The translations under genes were made by a program, and so were the position numbers. A DNA stretch of 64,000 nucleotides from Camelus ferus. Taxonomy: Eukaryota. Where the stretch lies: NCBI RefSeq assembly GCF_009834535.1, contig NC_045705.1:62992001-63056000 (forward strand), given 5' to 3'. The notes below the pieces were generated by a model that did no database searches, was not told the DNA's origin, and saw only the letters and a list, made by a program, of their open reading frames with translations. Of this stretch, positions 36,070 through 49,140 are shown one piece after another (the first letter of the stretch is position 1; each line of letters begins with the position of its first letter).

Positions 36070-36300
36070 TATATCAGTGGCTGTTGACTGAGCAGGAAGG
36101 CGCCACGCCAGGCACATGTTGCACGTGGTATCATGCTCATTTCTCACTAAGAACCATCGGAAGCAGATAGCAGTCTTTCCATTTTAGAGGGAGAAAACAG
36201 AAACCCAGAGAGGTTAGGTACTTCCCTAAGATCCCACAGCTTCAAAGAGGCAGAGGGGAGATTTGAACCCAGATTGTCTGCCTGGAGCCCATTCTCCTTC
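36070..36300 (-). mobile_element. MIR SINE
   Basis: ccattttagaggggagaaaacagaaacccagagaggttagg...gatttgaacccag. Confidence 0.7.
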
Positions 36301-37281
36301 CTCATTTCTGGCTGCCATTCAGTGCTGGGCTGCTGCAGATTCCCCAGGGTGAGGACCACCCCCTCCTTGCGCTCCCCAACCCCACCTGGGCTCTGCCCCG
36401 CCCAGCAATATTGCTTCCCAGAAGTGGGCGATGGCTAAAGACTCCAAACCCTGCCTCCGGGTGGGGCTCTCCCAGGGCCCCAGCGCTGCCCTCCAAGGGC
36501 GGAGGCTCAGCAGGCAGTGGGCTCCGCTGGTCTGAAGCTCCAGGCAGCTTGGCATCCCCTGAGGGCAGAGCCGACGCCAGCTCCCCTGGCCCAACAGCAG
36601 CTTCTGCAGGCTGCTCCCCCAGGCCTCTCCCTTTCCGGAGCGCTCCCCTCCTGCCCTCCCCAGGCAACCCACAGCCCCAGTGGCCTGTCCACATTTAGTG
36701 CTGGGTCCCTCGGGCCTTCCCCTCTGCTTTCTGAGTCCATGCCCCCAGATCTCTCTGGCACAACCAACAATCAGCTAGTGAGTGTTTCTGGGTTCACCCT
36801 GGCGAGCCCAGAGGTGGAGAGAGGCAGTCACTGGGCCAGGGGTAAGGAGCCCACCTCATTTTGTGGCCCTGGGCCAGTCTCTCTGCCTCCCTGGCTTTGT
36901 TTCACCAATGTCTCCTGCAAGGATCAGGTGCCTCCCTGATCTGCCCCTCTTCCAGGCTGGCCTCTCTCCAAAGAAGGCTGAGACTCCAGCAGCCAGAAGG
37001 GTCGCTTCCCTTATACCACCTACCAGGCAGCTCTTCGGAGACTGTGAGGACTTCACTACTGAGACCTTTCCCCTGCTCCCCTCCACTCAGGCCCCAGTGG
37101 CCCAACAACAACTCTGAGCTTTGGGCCAGACCTGTCCAGCACAGTGGGGTGGGGGTTCTGTCAACAGCGGCAGAAACCTGGTAACCGAATGTCAATAGGA
37201 TTAGAGGCTCTGATGGTCCAGTAGCTGAGTGTGATGTGAATGACGTGAGGGAGGGAGGGGAAGGGCTCCCTGGGGCAGGGC

Positions 37282-37299
37282 TGTGTGTGGGTGTGTGTG

Positions 37300-37349
<50 letters not shown>
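37282..37349. repeat. Interrupted (TG)~33 microsatellite
   Basis: Read directly from the sequence. Confidence 0.97.
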
Positions 37350-37352
<3 letters not shown>

Positions 37353-39249
37353 GTAGGGAAAGAGAGAATAAGTTTGCAAACGAAGATTGAGCCCTGAGAA
37401 GTGTTCTGCCTGCAAAGCCTTTGGAGGAGGAGGCTGTGGACAGCATCACGGGGGACTCGGAGTGACAGGTTTGTCACTCAGGCAAGGATGAGCTGTATCC
37501 AGCACCCACGAGGTGTCGAGCTCTGCGCTGGTTGCTGGGGGCAGGTGGGAACTGGAAGAGCAAAGAAAGAAGAAGCCCTGGGGGTTCCAGACACACGGAG
37601 GAGTGGGCAGGGGGCCAACTTGGAAAGGTCCCTGACCAACTCCCTTGAGTCACTGCCGAGCCTGAGGCCCTGAGAGGCTAGGCGAAGCCCTTGAGGTCAC
37701 TAAGCCAGCCGGGCACAGATTGGGTCCTGAGCCTGGGACTCCTGGCCCAGTGCTCACTGCAGAGCACCGCCTACCACACAGCTGAGTGGGACCCACGCAC
37801 AGACTCTCTGTGCCTGGTGTGGGGTGGCGGGCCCATCTTTTCAGGCCTGATAGGCTAAGCAGATTGAATGAAGGTGGCCAGAAATGGTGGGGGCTGAGTA
37901 AAGTGTGGAAACCTGCTCCCTGTGTGTCGGAGGTGATGGAGACATGAGTTTTGGGTCCCAGCCCCGCCATTCCATGGGTGCATGATCTTGGGGGACTTTC
38001 TTCTTGGAACCTCAGTTTCCTCTCTCCAGGGACAGCAAGATAATAAAAGGATGTTAGCAGATTTAAAGGAAAGCCCCTGGCCTGTAGCAGCATCCATGAT
38101 TCTGCCTAGAAAGGTCAATGAAGTCTCAATGAATGGAAATTGCCCTGGACAGAATCTGGGGGAGGCCAGATAAGCAGCAAGGAGGGCTGGTTGGTGTCCA
38201 GATGTTCTTGTCTGCTCCTTAAAATCTCTCAGCCTTGGAGCCAGGAGAGCTGGTGGTTGGAAATCCCAGGCAGACAGCCAGGGTCCAGCAGGAGGGGCCC
38301 CACCCTGCCAGCCAGAGCAACTCTGCCCTGACCCTGCTGGGGCCCCTCCCCCGTCACATCCCAGGGCCCTCTTCGGGGAGGTACCCACAGCAGAGGGGAA
38401 TCCCAGAGCTACTGTTTCCAGGCATGGCCCGGACATCTGCTGTGCCCCTGCTGCCCAAGCTGCTGGTTGGCATACAGACAAGCAGGCAGGCTGGCCAGCG
38501 GGCACTCAGGAGTGTAAATTCCACATTTGCATCGTGGATGTTCCTGGCCCGAAGGGCTGCTGACCTTTACAGCTACTGCCTCGGTCCTCCTTCCCCTTCC
38601 AGGCCTCTGGGCTCAGCCTGGCTGGCTGTGGGATGCTGGAGTCTTGCAGAACAGCAGGAGGGGCAGGGCCCGCCAGAGGGCCAGGAGCTGCTGGGCAGGG
38701 GGCCTGGGAGGTGGACCCTGCCTCTTCACCCAGGCAGGGGGAGCCCACTGTCCCCTGACTCAGCATCAGCCACCCACCCACTTCCAGCCAGTCACTGCCT
38801 GACTCACAGGCAGCTTGGTCCCCACATTAGCAACATCACTGAGCTCTCAGTCGCCCCCAGCTGATGTCTCCCTGGGGATTACCCCCGTCTGTGTTGAGTG
38901 ACGGCAATGCTGAGCACTCTGTCAGTTGTTCTGGGCTCAGCAGTCAGGCCTGCCCCTCTGAAGGGCAGAAACCCCTCCTGGGCCCACCCACCCACTCCTG
39001 GCCCCAGAGGGCTCTTGTCATGGATGGCCTGGTCCACCAGCTGGCTGGGAAAATTCCCCAAGATGTATCTAAATTAAAATCCATCCAATGTCCTCCAGGA
39101 GAGCAGGCTCTGCCCTGAGCTCCAAGAACATGGTGACGTGGATACTAAGTCCTGCCCCTGGGACTTGTCATCAGAAGACCCCATCTATTCATTTTTGTTG
39201 TCCACCCCACAGACTTCCCTAGGACCACATGCTGGGGATGTTCCCATGA

Positions 39250-39715
39250 GTGTTGTGGATCCCCCCCGCCCCCCAGAGGATATGTTGAAGTCCTAACTCC
39301 CAGTAACTCAGAATATGACTTTATTTGGAAATAGGGTCATTGCAGATGCGATCAAGTTAAGAAGGGGTGGTACTAAAGTAAGGTGGCCATTATGGTGGTA
39401 TCCTTATAAGAAGAGGGAAGACGGCCATGTGAATTCAGACACAAAAAGAGAACATGGTGTGAGGACAGAGGCAGGGATTGGAAACATGCACCTCCGAGCA
39501 CAGGACACCAAGAATTGCTGGTAACCACCTGAAGCTGGGAGGGGATGAGAGAGGATTCTCCCCTTTGGGTGTCGGTGGCAGCGGGGCCCTGCTGACACCA
39601 TGGTGATTTCAGACTTCTGGCCCCCAGAGTTGTGAGACAATACATTTTTGTGGTTTTGTGGTAAGGTACCCAGTTGGTGGTACTTCGTTAGGGCAGCTCT
39701 AGGAATGGATACAAC
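39250..39715 (+). mobile_element. MaLR solo LTR (MLT1A/B/C-like)
   Basis: gatatgttgaagtcctaactcccag...ttatttggaaatagggtcattgcagatg...gatttcagacttctggcccccagagttgtgagacaatacatttttgtgg...ttagggcagctctaggaa. Confidence 0.85.
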
Positions 39716-39759
39716 GTGTGACACGGAACTTGAACAAGTGTCTAATCGAAGGCGGCACT

Positions 39760-40010
39760 CTGGTAACAGGAGCTGACCTTTACTGAGTGTTCGCTACCTG
39801 CCTGGCACTGTTACAAGGCTTTTTATATAACTCTTTTAATCTCTACACCCAAACCATGAAGTAGGTGCTCTTAGGATGTTCATTTTACACATAAGGAAAA
39901 CTGACATGAAAGGCTGGATAACTAGCCAGAGGTCACACACCTGGCATATTTCAGAGATGGGATTTGAACCCAGGCAGTTCAGTTCTGGGTCCCACACACT
40001 TAACCACTGC
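39760..40010 (-). mobile_element. MIR SINE
   Basis: tttactgagtgttcgctacctgcctggcactg...ccagaggtcacacacctgg...gggatttgaacccaggcag. Confidence 0.8.
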
Positions 40011-40449
40011 TCTACACCCTGACGTAGGAACTAGGTGGGAAAACCAATGATGTTGGTCTGTGTGTTGCGGGTGGGGTGGCATTTAGAAAGACAACTAAAG
40101 ATCCTTTTAAATACAAATGGGACCTTATCACCCTCCTCTTGCTCAGACCTTCAGTGGCTCCTCTTTTTCGAAGTCCAGGCTTCACTGTCAACCCTTCCAG
40201 CTGCAGGCAGCCCAGCCATGTGGAGGCTAACAGCACAGACTCAGAAGGGAGGCAGATCTGAGCTTGAATCTCCGTTCTGCCGCTGACTAGTGCTGTGGCT
40301 TCTGAGCCTCAGCCCCTTCCCCTGTAAAATGGGAATGAGCAGAGGACCCCGTGGTTGCTGGAGAGTTCTGTGAAATAGTGAAACGCACCCGCTCACAGCA
40401 GGCGCTGCATGTCCCCCCACCCCCACTGTGAGCCTCTCACTGCTCCTCA

Positions 40450-40790
40450 TTGTTAGTTGTCACAAAACCCTCCCTGACATACTGGCAGTCCCCTGTGCCT
40501 TTGCTCATGCTGTTCCCTCTGCCTGGGATGCCTGTCCCTCCCTTCTTGGCTTTCTTTAACTTGGAGCATCCCTTGCCCTGCCCTCTGTCCCCACCTGGCA
40601 GACATCTCCCAGGGAGCTTGGAGACCCAGTCACAGGAGAAGTCCTACCTGTTAGCTCACTCTAGCCCTCGGACGGGTGTCGGACCTCGGTCTTGTCTCAA
40701 TTTACCCATCCTGACATTGCTGTGGCACCTGGCATCCTTGCTCTGCCCTGGGTCCCACTGTCTTCTCTTACTTGTCCATCTGCCTCTCAA
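40450..40790 (+). mobile_element. L2 3' fragment
   Basis: gtgcctttgctcatgctgttccctctgcctgggatgcc. Confidence 0.7.
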
Positions 40791-41349
40791 CTGACCCCAC
40801 ATCACCCCCTCCCTCACTGACTACCCTGTCCACCATCCCATCTGCCAAGTGTCAGCTTCAGGAGGGGGTGAAGGAAGGGCCCCTCCTCTCCAGCTGACAG
40901 GCAAATTATATAGCTGTCTTGCCCAGAGAAGAGTGGGTGACAAGGGTAATTCACCGCCTGCCAGCTAGCCACCCCAAGTAGCCAGTTCTGCTCCTGGGGG
41001 TGGGTGACAGTAGGGAAGGCCTCCTTCACCTCCCAGTATGGCCAATGTCTACCCTCTTCCAGGAGGATTCTGGGTGCCAGAGCCTTGGGATCTCCAGCTT
41101 CTGAGTCCTCTAAGCAGGGCTTGACAATGAAGTCATGTCATCTTGGTGGCAGGGTGGGAGAGTGAAAAGACTTCTGCTTGTGGCTTTCGAAGGCCTGGGT
41201 TCCAGAACTCCTTTGCTTTGCTGTGTGACCTTGGGCAAGCCACATCCCCTCTCTGAACCCCAGTGCCCTAATATACAAGTGAGAGAGGATGAGCTTCAAG
41301 CCCCCTCCATTGTGTGACTGTGGCAACACTGACTGTCCACCTAATACCC

Positions 41350-41715
41350 ATCCCCCTGGCTAGCCACACTCCAGTTTTGTTCAGGGTTGTCTTGTCACCC
41401 ATCCCCACCTGAGCTAATTATGCTCCCCAATTTCTCAACTTCCCCTGAGTCTATGGCTAACCAGTGAGGCATAAACAGAAGCTGACTGTATGGGATTTCA
41501 GGAGAGTTTTTGCTCTTTTTAATAAGAGGCAGACTAAGCTGGTAGGGTTCCTTTTGATTCTAACCTCTCTTTTTCTTACAAGGAATCTAGATATGATGCT
41601 TGGAGGTGTGGCAGCCACTATGGCACCAAGAGATTGAAAGTGAACTTCTAAGAATGGTGGAAGACATCATGAGGCCAGCCCTGGGCAACTTACCTCTAGA
41701 TTCCTTGCTATGTGA
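41350..41715 (+). mobile_element. ERVL-class solo LTR (LTR33/LTR16-like)
   Basis: gatgcttggaggtgtggcagccactatggcacc...gccagccctgggcaacttacctctagattccttgctatgtgag. Confidence 0.55.
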
Positions 41716-41740
41716 GAGCAACTGTGCTGAGCTTGGGTGC

Positions 41741-41795
41741 TGAGGGCTGGGGTGAGGGCTGGGGTGAGGGCTGGGTGAGGGCTGGGTGAGGGCTG
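41741..41795 (+). repeat. G-rich minisatellite (TGAGGGCTGGG[G]) x ~4.8
   Basis: Units at 41741, 41753, 41765, 41776 and 41787. Confidence 0.92.
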
Positions 41796-42759
41796 AAGGA
41801 AGTCAGGGGAGGCTGAGAGAGAGGACCTGGGAGGGAGACAGTCAGAGGGCTCATGGTAGAGCAGGCAATGAGGAGTCTGTCCCCAGGGCCTCTGGCCTCA
41901 GCGACCCAGATCATGAGGGGGCCACCCCGCCCCAGACTCCACTGGGAGGAACCCACTTGTTCCCCAGAGGTATTACCACAGAGGACAAGGCTATGGAGGA
42001 AGCAGGCCCAGCCTCTTTCCTGGCCCTTTATGGCGGACACACCCAGGAGGCTCTAATGAGGCCTCCTTGCTCAGCCAACCTGGCCGAGGCCCTGTTCTGG
42101 AAAGGAGCCCCGAGCCAGGCAACAGGTCCCTGCCCTCCCAGAGCTTATACTCCAGGTAAACCCAGAGAGCTCCTGTCCCAGAAGAGGAGGCCAGGGAAAG
42201 GGGAGAGCCAAGGCCAGAGCAGGGGAGAGCCAAGGCCAGAGTAGGAGAGAGGGGAAGGAGTGTTCCAGGGAGCAGGACCCGCACAGCCAAGGGCTGCTGG
42301 CTGGGCAGAGAGAGGGGTTAGAACAGCAGCGCGAGGGGCAGAGGGGAGACAGGAGGCTGGGGGGGCAGTGAGGGCAGGCCCTGGGGCTTGAGAAGCCACA
42401 CTGTGCTACACAGAGGGGTTGGGGTGAGGAAGGGTGAACAACAAGCCAGAGGGAACAGGCATTGGCCTAAGGTTTGAGGCATCCCCCAGGTCTCTCCTGG
42501 CTTAGATGTTCTGAGTCTCTGAGGCCATAGTTTTAAGAAAATACAAAAAACCACACAGAATGGATGCCAGCTGAGTGGAAGAATTCATGAGAATGAGCCC
42601 ACTGGAACGGGGGCCCCAGGAAAGGTCTGCAGTTTCCCTCAGTCCCACCCTCAGACCAGGGGTGAGTCATCTCTGGTTCTTCTTCATGTACTAACTCTTG
42701 GTTCCAGCGGTTCCTGTGAATTAATGCAATATCCACAATGATGCCCACGGTGGCTGGGG

Positions 42760-43740
42760 AACATTTATCTTGCAATGTTTAAACAATCTATGTTACTCTT
42801 AAATCTGTACGTATAAATTTAGACATAACGTGCATGGAGGGTGATACTGACTCTTGACATTGCCACAAGACCGGCGTTGAGTGCTCAGATTGCTAAGAGG
42901 GTTTATCTTTTCAAAAAAGATTTCATTAAAATTTCAAAAAATTATCAGAAATTTAGACTTGACTGAAAATGTTTTATTAACTAGAATTTGTATTCCATCT
43001 AATTTCAATATTCTATTTAATTTCAATACATGATTTTGAATATGTTAGAAATATATCTTTTTGAAAAACATTTTAAAACAATTACATTTACTGTAATTTA
43101 TCTTTTTGGTGAGAACTCTTATTTCTTTAGTCTTTTTAAAAAATATTTTTGAAGTATAGTTGATTTACAATGTCAGTGTTAGTTTCAGGTGTACAACAAA
43201 GTGATTCAATTATGCATTCACATACATTTTTATATGCTTTTTCAGTTTATTTTTCATTATAGGTTATTACAAGATGATGAATTTAGTTCCTTGTGCTATC
43301 CAGTAGGTCCTTGTTTATCTATTTTATATATAGCAATGTGTGTATGTTCATCCCAAACCCCTAATTTATCTCTCCCCCTGCCATTCTTTAGTCTTTTAAA
43401 ATCACTCCTTTTACTAGAACACAAATTAGTAATTTTGGTGCAGTGAAGGCATGCACATTTTTGTGGAATAAAACTATAATAATTTATGAATTATGTATGT
43501 CTTTATTTTATCATTTGTCCAAACACAGCCATTCCATCAACCGAATACCAAAACACTCCAGCTTTAAGGCATATACAAACCATAGCTTTATACATACTTG
43601 TCAATTTTGCCACTTTGGAGGTATATTTGTCAAGGTAAGGTAAGGGAATATATTTTATTTAACAGCTTGTTTGCTTGATTTTTAAATATTTAGGCATATG
43701 GTATGTGGGTCTCCAATTATGCTCCTGCAAATATTAGAGA
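42760..43740. mobile_element. AT-rich DNA transposon relic (hAT-Tip100-like), interrupted by an L1
   Basis: Sharp AT-rich block. The right end tttaaatattaggcatatggtatgtgggtctccaatt...gcaaatattag resembles hAT-Tip100 termini. Exact family is uncertain. Confidence 0.5.
43137..43383 (-). mobile_element. 5'-truncated L1 3' end with TSD
   Basis: 14-bp TSD TTCTTTAGTCTTTT at 43123-43136 and 43384-43397, followed by AAAA (L1 endonuclease TTTT/AA site). The body gaagtatagttgatttacaatg...ttagtttcaggtgtacaacaaagtgattca is a typical L1 3' UTR. Confidence 0.9.
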
Positions 43741-43744
43741 CAGA

Positions 43745-44590
43745 TGGTTTTATTGATATATAATTCACATACCATGAAGTTCAACCTTTTAAAGTGCATA
43801 TTGAGTAGTTTTTAGTATATTCATACAGTTGTGCACCTACCACCACCATCTAATCCCGGAACATCACCCCCTCAAAAAACCCTGCACCCATTAGCAGTTA
43901 TTGCCCATCCTCCCCCCACCCCCAAGCTCCTGGAAGTCTTTAATCTACTTTGTGTTTCTATGAATTTACCTATTCTGGATATTTCAAATAAATGGAATCA
44001 TATATGTGGCCTTTGTGTCTGGCTCTCACTTAGTGTAATGTCTTCAAGGATCATCACGTCGAAGCCTATGTCAGAACTTCATCCCTTTTAAAGGCTGAAC
44101 AACATTCCATCCAATGGATATACCACATTTTGTTTATCTGTTTATCAACTGATTGGCATTGGGATTGTTTGCACATTTTGGCAGTTGTCATATGTACAAC
44201 TGTTTTGTGGACATAGGTTTTCAATGCTCTCGGGTATACACCCCTGGGTCACACGGTAATCCATGTTTAACTTCTTGAGTAACTGCCAGACTGTCTTCCA
44301 AAGCGGCTGCACCATTCTTTGCATTCCCACCCGCAATGCACAGGGGTTCCGATTTCTTCACATCCTTGCCGGCACCTCTGTTTGTCCGTGTTTTTGGTTG
44401 GAGCCATCCTAGTGGCTGTGAAGTGGCTCCCTTTGTGGTTTGGATTTGCATTTCCCTGATGATGAATGGTGTTGAGAATCTTTCCTGTGCTTATTGGCTA
44501 TTTGCAGATCTTCTTTGGAGAAATGCTTATTCAATTCCTTTGCCTGCTTTTGAACCGGGTGATTCAGGTCTGGTTTTAATAGTTGCAGAA
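43745..44590 (-). mobile_element. L1 (L1MA/MB-like) 3' UTR plus ORF2 C-terminal remnant
   Basis: Minus ORFs give KELNKHFSKEDLQIANKH, MQIQTT and VQPLWKTVWQLLKKL, which are L1 ORF2 C-terminal motifs. Confidence 0.9.
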
Positions 44591-45489
44591 ATACCGCAAC
44601 AGTCTGCAGTGGACCAGCATCGGCTGTGGCCCGTGGCCAAGCTCTGGAGCCCTGACCCCAAGTCTTAGCCATGCAGCTAACTTCTGCTTGTTCTCCTCTG
44701 TGAGATGGGATTGGAATGCCTTCCTTACGGCCGTGTTAGAAGGACTTGCCGGGAACATGCACGTAAATGCTACTGCATATTGTGCGTGATCGGTACTTGG
44801 TGGACATCTCCCTGGCAGAGCACTGCCAATGACAAGAGGGTCACTATTTTCAGGGCAAGACTTGCCCTTTATGGATAATGTTAATTGGAGGATGCCCTTG
44901 GGATGTCTGGCTGAAAGTCTCCTCCCTGTGACCGCCCCCTGCAGGGTCCCAGGGCAGCAGCCTCTGCTTCCTGAGTCCGCAAGTCTGGGGCAAAGGCTGT
45001 GGGTTCTCCCACCTCCTCTGGCCTCAACCATCCATCCACTCCTCCCTGTGTCACCCAAGCCTCCTCCCTCCTTCCCGAGTGGCGTGTGACTGCTCAGGGG
45101 AGGTGAGAGGCAAACTGGAAAGCGACACAACACCCCTTAATTACCCTTGTTCCTTCTATATCCGAGCACCTAAATTTAGCCAACAGAGCCCGGGCACTGG
45201 GGACTCGGCTCTTCCCCCCACAAGCCCCCAACCTTTGGCAAAGGCAGGAAAATGAGCCCAGGGACAGGACTTCTCACCCAGCACCTCCTCTTCACCGCCC
45301 TGGGGGTGGGTCAGGGACACTGCTAAGAGGCCAGCTGGGGGCATTAGGCTCCAGTGGGGGCCCTTCCTGATGCAGCTGGCAGGTGGGACTACGAGTCATG
45401 ACTGAGAAGAGTGCCACTTGCCCACCCCCTGCCCTTAATGATGGGGAAGACTGGGAGGGAGGGTCGGAGAAAATGATTAGAGTGTTGGG

Positions 45490-45700
45490 GACAAGGTCCA
45501 AAATCAGACAGACCTGGGTTCTCAGCTTCCTCTCTGCCACCTGCCAACTGTGTGACATTAGGCAAGTCAACAAACCTCTTTGGGCGTGTTTCTTCATCTG
45601 AAAAATGGGACAATCATAGGATCCCCCAAGTAAGATTGTCATGAAATTGAAACACGATGATTCAAGTAAAGCACGTAGCACCAAGTGGGTGCCCAACAGG
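45490..45700 (+). mobile_element. MIR SINE
   Basis: ctgtgtgacattaggcaagtcaac...ttcttcatctgaaaaatgggacaatcatagg. Confidence 0.75.
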
Positions 45701-46886
45701 CAGTCTCAAGATCCACCTCCTCCGGGAAGCCTTCCTGGCTGGCTCCAGTGCAGGTGCCCCCATGTCCCCTAGGGGCAGAGTGTGTCTGCTGTAGACCATG
45801 ACCCCCTCCCAGGCTCCAGGACTATTTCTAGAAGGGGAGGGCTTGTTTGTTGCTTCTGTGAGTCTTTAAGGTTGCAGGACAAAGTTGCTGTGAGCTACAC
45901 CACTGCTCTTTGGGATAAAATAGACAAAGGGGGAGCCAGAGGAGGAAATAGTTTTCTACTGAGTTGGGGTAGAAGGTTGGGCCTAGAGAGAGAGAGTCAG
46001 CCGAGGGAAAGTGTGCCTCGCCCACTCTGCACCCCAGAGACAGGTGGCAGTGGTTTCACCCCAGAGCTGGGAGGCCGGAATGTCCTCGCCAGAGTTGGGG
46101 CCTCCAAGGTCAGTCAAGACTGGGATTGACACCCCCATTTCTGGGCCTCTGAGCCTTGGTTCCTCATCTGCAGATTGGGGCAATAAATGCCACCTTCCTC
46201 CTAGGTCTGGAGAGAGGATAAAGTGGGGCTGTTGATTGGGCAGTGAGCCCCACCCCACGTCCGTCATGGGTGGGACCTCCAGCTGGGTAGGGAAGCCAGA
46301 TGAAGCCTGAATGTCCTACTCACCTGAGGCAGGTGTGGTCTCTCTGGGCAACTTCCCTGAGTACAGCTCTCTCTCAAACAAACACACATGCACACACACA
46401 CGCCACACCCTGCTTCTTGGCCACCCTGGAGCTCTGGGACACAAGCCTTCAGGGGCACCAGTGGTGGGTGGCCTGGGACAGCCCCCCGCCCCCACTGCAC
46501 TGGCCCCTGGCCTCCCCACACCACCAGCACCAGGCTCAGATGGCGCTCATTACCGCATTGATGAGTCCCTTTCATTACCCTATGTCACCAGTGAGGAAAC
46601 GGCGTTGGGGGGGGGTGGCACAGAGGGGTTAAGGAATGTTCCAGAAGGACAGAACTTAGGTTCAGATCCAGACAGTCTGGCCTCAGAGTCTGTGCTGGAA
46701 ACTGCTGCACTCCTCTGCCTCCCCGAACCCCTGATGGGTTGGAGTAATTAATTAGCTTTACAAAGTGGGAGGTAATGCTTCAAGGTGTGTGCCGAGGTAA
46801 CACCTCTGAAGTTAAATTCTTCACCGGATGTTCCCCTCATTGAGAAGGCTCACTGAGTTTGAGCTTCTCTCTTGCAATAAATAATT

Positions 46887-46898
46887 AATAATAATAAT

Positions 46899-46930
<32 letters not shown>

Positions 46931-46931
46931 C
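46887..46931. repeat. (AAT)4(AAC)11 compound trinucleotide repeat at a MIR tail
   Basis: Read directly from the sequence. It abuts an antisense MIR (~46930-47140). Confidence 0.93.
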
Positions 46932-48199
46932 TAGTAGCTCATATTCTTCCAGCCTGTTTTATGCACCACGTGCCCATCCTAAAACCTGACATGTTACCTC
47001 AGTGAACCCTTAGGACAGCCCTCAGATGGAAGTATTGTGAATTTTCTCATCGTCCAGATGACAAAACTGAGGCTTAGAGAGCTTAAATCACAGGGCACAT
47101 CCCAGAGCTGGTGGTGGAGCCAGGCTGCCTGGCTCCAATCACTCATTCATCGCACAGCCCATTAACCCAGCCTCCTGCCTCCTCCCACCACACCTGGTGC
47201 AAATCCCACCCCGCCCCTCCTTGTTGGGAAGCTGCCTCCCTGCCACCAGAAGGGACCTTCCCCCAGGAGCCAGGATAACGAGGAATGGCCCAGGTGCCCT
47301 CCAACCCCCAACCCAGCACAGGAAGGAGGGGTAGGCTTGGCCCTGGTGGCAGCCCTGGGAGAGCCCCTGCTGGTCCACCCCAGCCACCCTCTGCAAGCCT
47401 GGCCCAGCTGATGTGCTCTGGGAGCGTCACAAGCCGCTACTGCAGGCAAACAGAAGATTCAGAGACAGAAGGGCCCAAGCTGCATAAGAAGGAGGGAAAT
47501 GTTTTCCCAGCTGCTTCCCTTTCTCGACACAGCTCCCGCCAGCATCCAGTAAGTGGCATGACCATGCAGAGTAGTGCCCAGGCCTTAACAACTGCTCCCT
47601 CAGTCATGCAAGGAGAAGGTTTGTTCCCATAAAGGGCTCCATTAAATCCTTAGCCAAGGGCTGTATTCTTCTCCATCTCCATCTCAGCCAAGGGGGAAAG
47701 GCCACTTGACCAGTCCTCTCAGAGAGAGTCAGTCACTATAGGGTCTTCATTATTATTATTATTAAGTATTATTATCACTATCATGTCATCATGGCAGAGA
47801 TAAGACCCCAGAACCCTGGGTATTGGGACAGGGGTTAAAAGGATCCATCCAGGAATGCCAAGGGGGCTAACTAAAGTTTCTCTCGTGTATTTACTCCTCA
47901 GGGGAACCAAGCTCTCTCAAGATGTTTTATATTATCTGCAATAAAGACAGCACATTTCCAAGCACAGCACCCTATTGAAACTACAAGGAAGGGAGACTCT
48001 GGAAAGGGTCCAGTGAGTAAGAGATGGTACCTGGAATGGAATGGAATTGTAGCGTGCCTGTTGTTACCACTTAACAGATGTAAATACCCCTGGGGTTTTC
48101 CTCTTTTGTTTTGTTTTGTTTATGGATTTATTTCAGTGGCAGAACAATCAGTTATAAGGATTCTTGAGGTTCACTTCTGACCTGTGTGTTGTTTAGGAT

Positions 48200-48665
48200 T
48201 ATGTTCATCAGAAGGAGATAGAAAACCCCAAAGAAATAGTGTGTCAAACAATAAAGAAGTCTCTTTTACTCCCAGGTAAACAATATCTGGAGGTATCTAG
48301 TCCACAACTGATGTGGCAGCTTCATGAACATCAGAACCCAAATCACTTCCCTCTTGTTGCTTGGTCGCATTTAACGCATGGCATCTACCTCATGATCCAA
48401 GATGGCTGCTCCAGCTCCAGCAATCACATGCATATTCCAGCCAATGGAAAGAAAGAAGCAGCAAAAAAGTTGCAAACCCCTGCCTTTAAATGACGTTTCT
48501 TACATCCCAGTTACAGAGCTTATTCACATGGCCCTAGTTAGGTATAAGGGAGGCTGGGAAATGTCTTTATTTCAAGCAGTTATATGCCCAGCTGAAAAAT
48601 TAGGGGTTCTATGGCAAAGGAAACAGGGAGCACAAATATTGGGGAGAAGTTAGCAGTCTCTAGCA
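48200..48665. mobile_element. MaLR LTR (MLT1I/J/K-like)
   Basis: gatccaagatggctgctccagctccagcaatcacatgcatattccagcc...gggaggctgggaaatgtc. Confidence 0.7.
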
Positions 48666-48739
48666 CATCTTAATGCTCTTCCATTCCACTGGAGAGGGAT
48701 GGCCATGTACTTTCTGGCACCGTGCTCCAGGCAGCCTGG

Positions 48740-49140
48740 GACTGCCTTCAACTTGATCTTGTGTGTTAGTCTGGACTCCCCACCACAAAACCAGAACTAC
48801 TCTGAGAGTAAGACCCAGACCCCAGAACAAAGGCCTTACCCTGGCATTCAAGGCCCTTTGGCAGTTAGGTTTTCATCACCTGCCGCAACCCCCTGCAGCC
48901 TTGCTTGGCCCAGCCCCTCTGAGCCTCTTGCCTCTTGCACTTCTTGCTTGGAGGCTATTCCCTCCACCTGAAGGCCTTCTCCCAGGTCTCCTCTGCCAGA
49001 GGGACTCCTAACTCAACCCTGAAGACTCACCACCTTGTCAGTGCAGCCTCACTGGGCCCCTCTGGGAAGAATCAGAATCCTTCTCTCCTGTCCTCCCTTG
49101 GGCTTCCGGAGCCTTCCGTCATCCCTCTATTTATAGCCTG
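48740..49140 (+). mobile_element. L2 3' fragment
   Basis: ccttaccctggcattcaaggccct...cttgcacttcttgcttggaggctattcc. Confidence 0.6.

Noticed and set aside
41688-41696. Perfect minus-strand donor GAG|GTAAGT in the ERVL LTR
   Set aside because: Such donors are common in LTRs, and no supporting acceptor or promoter was identified.
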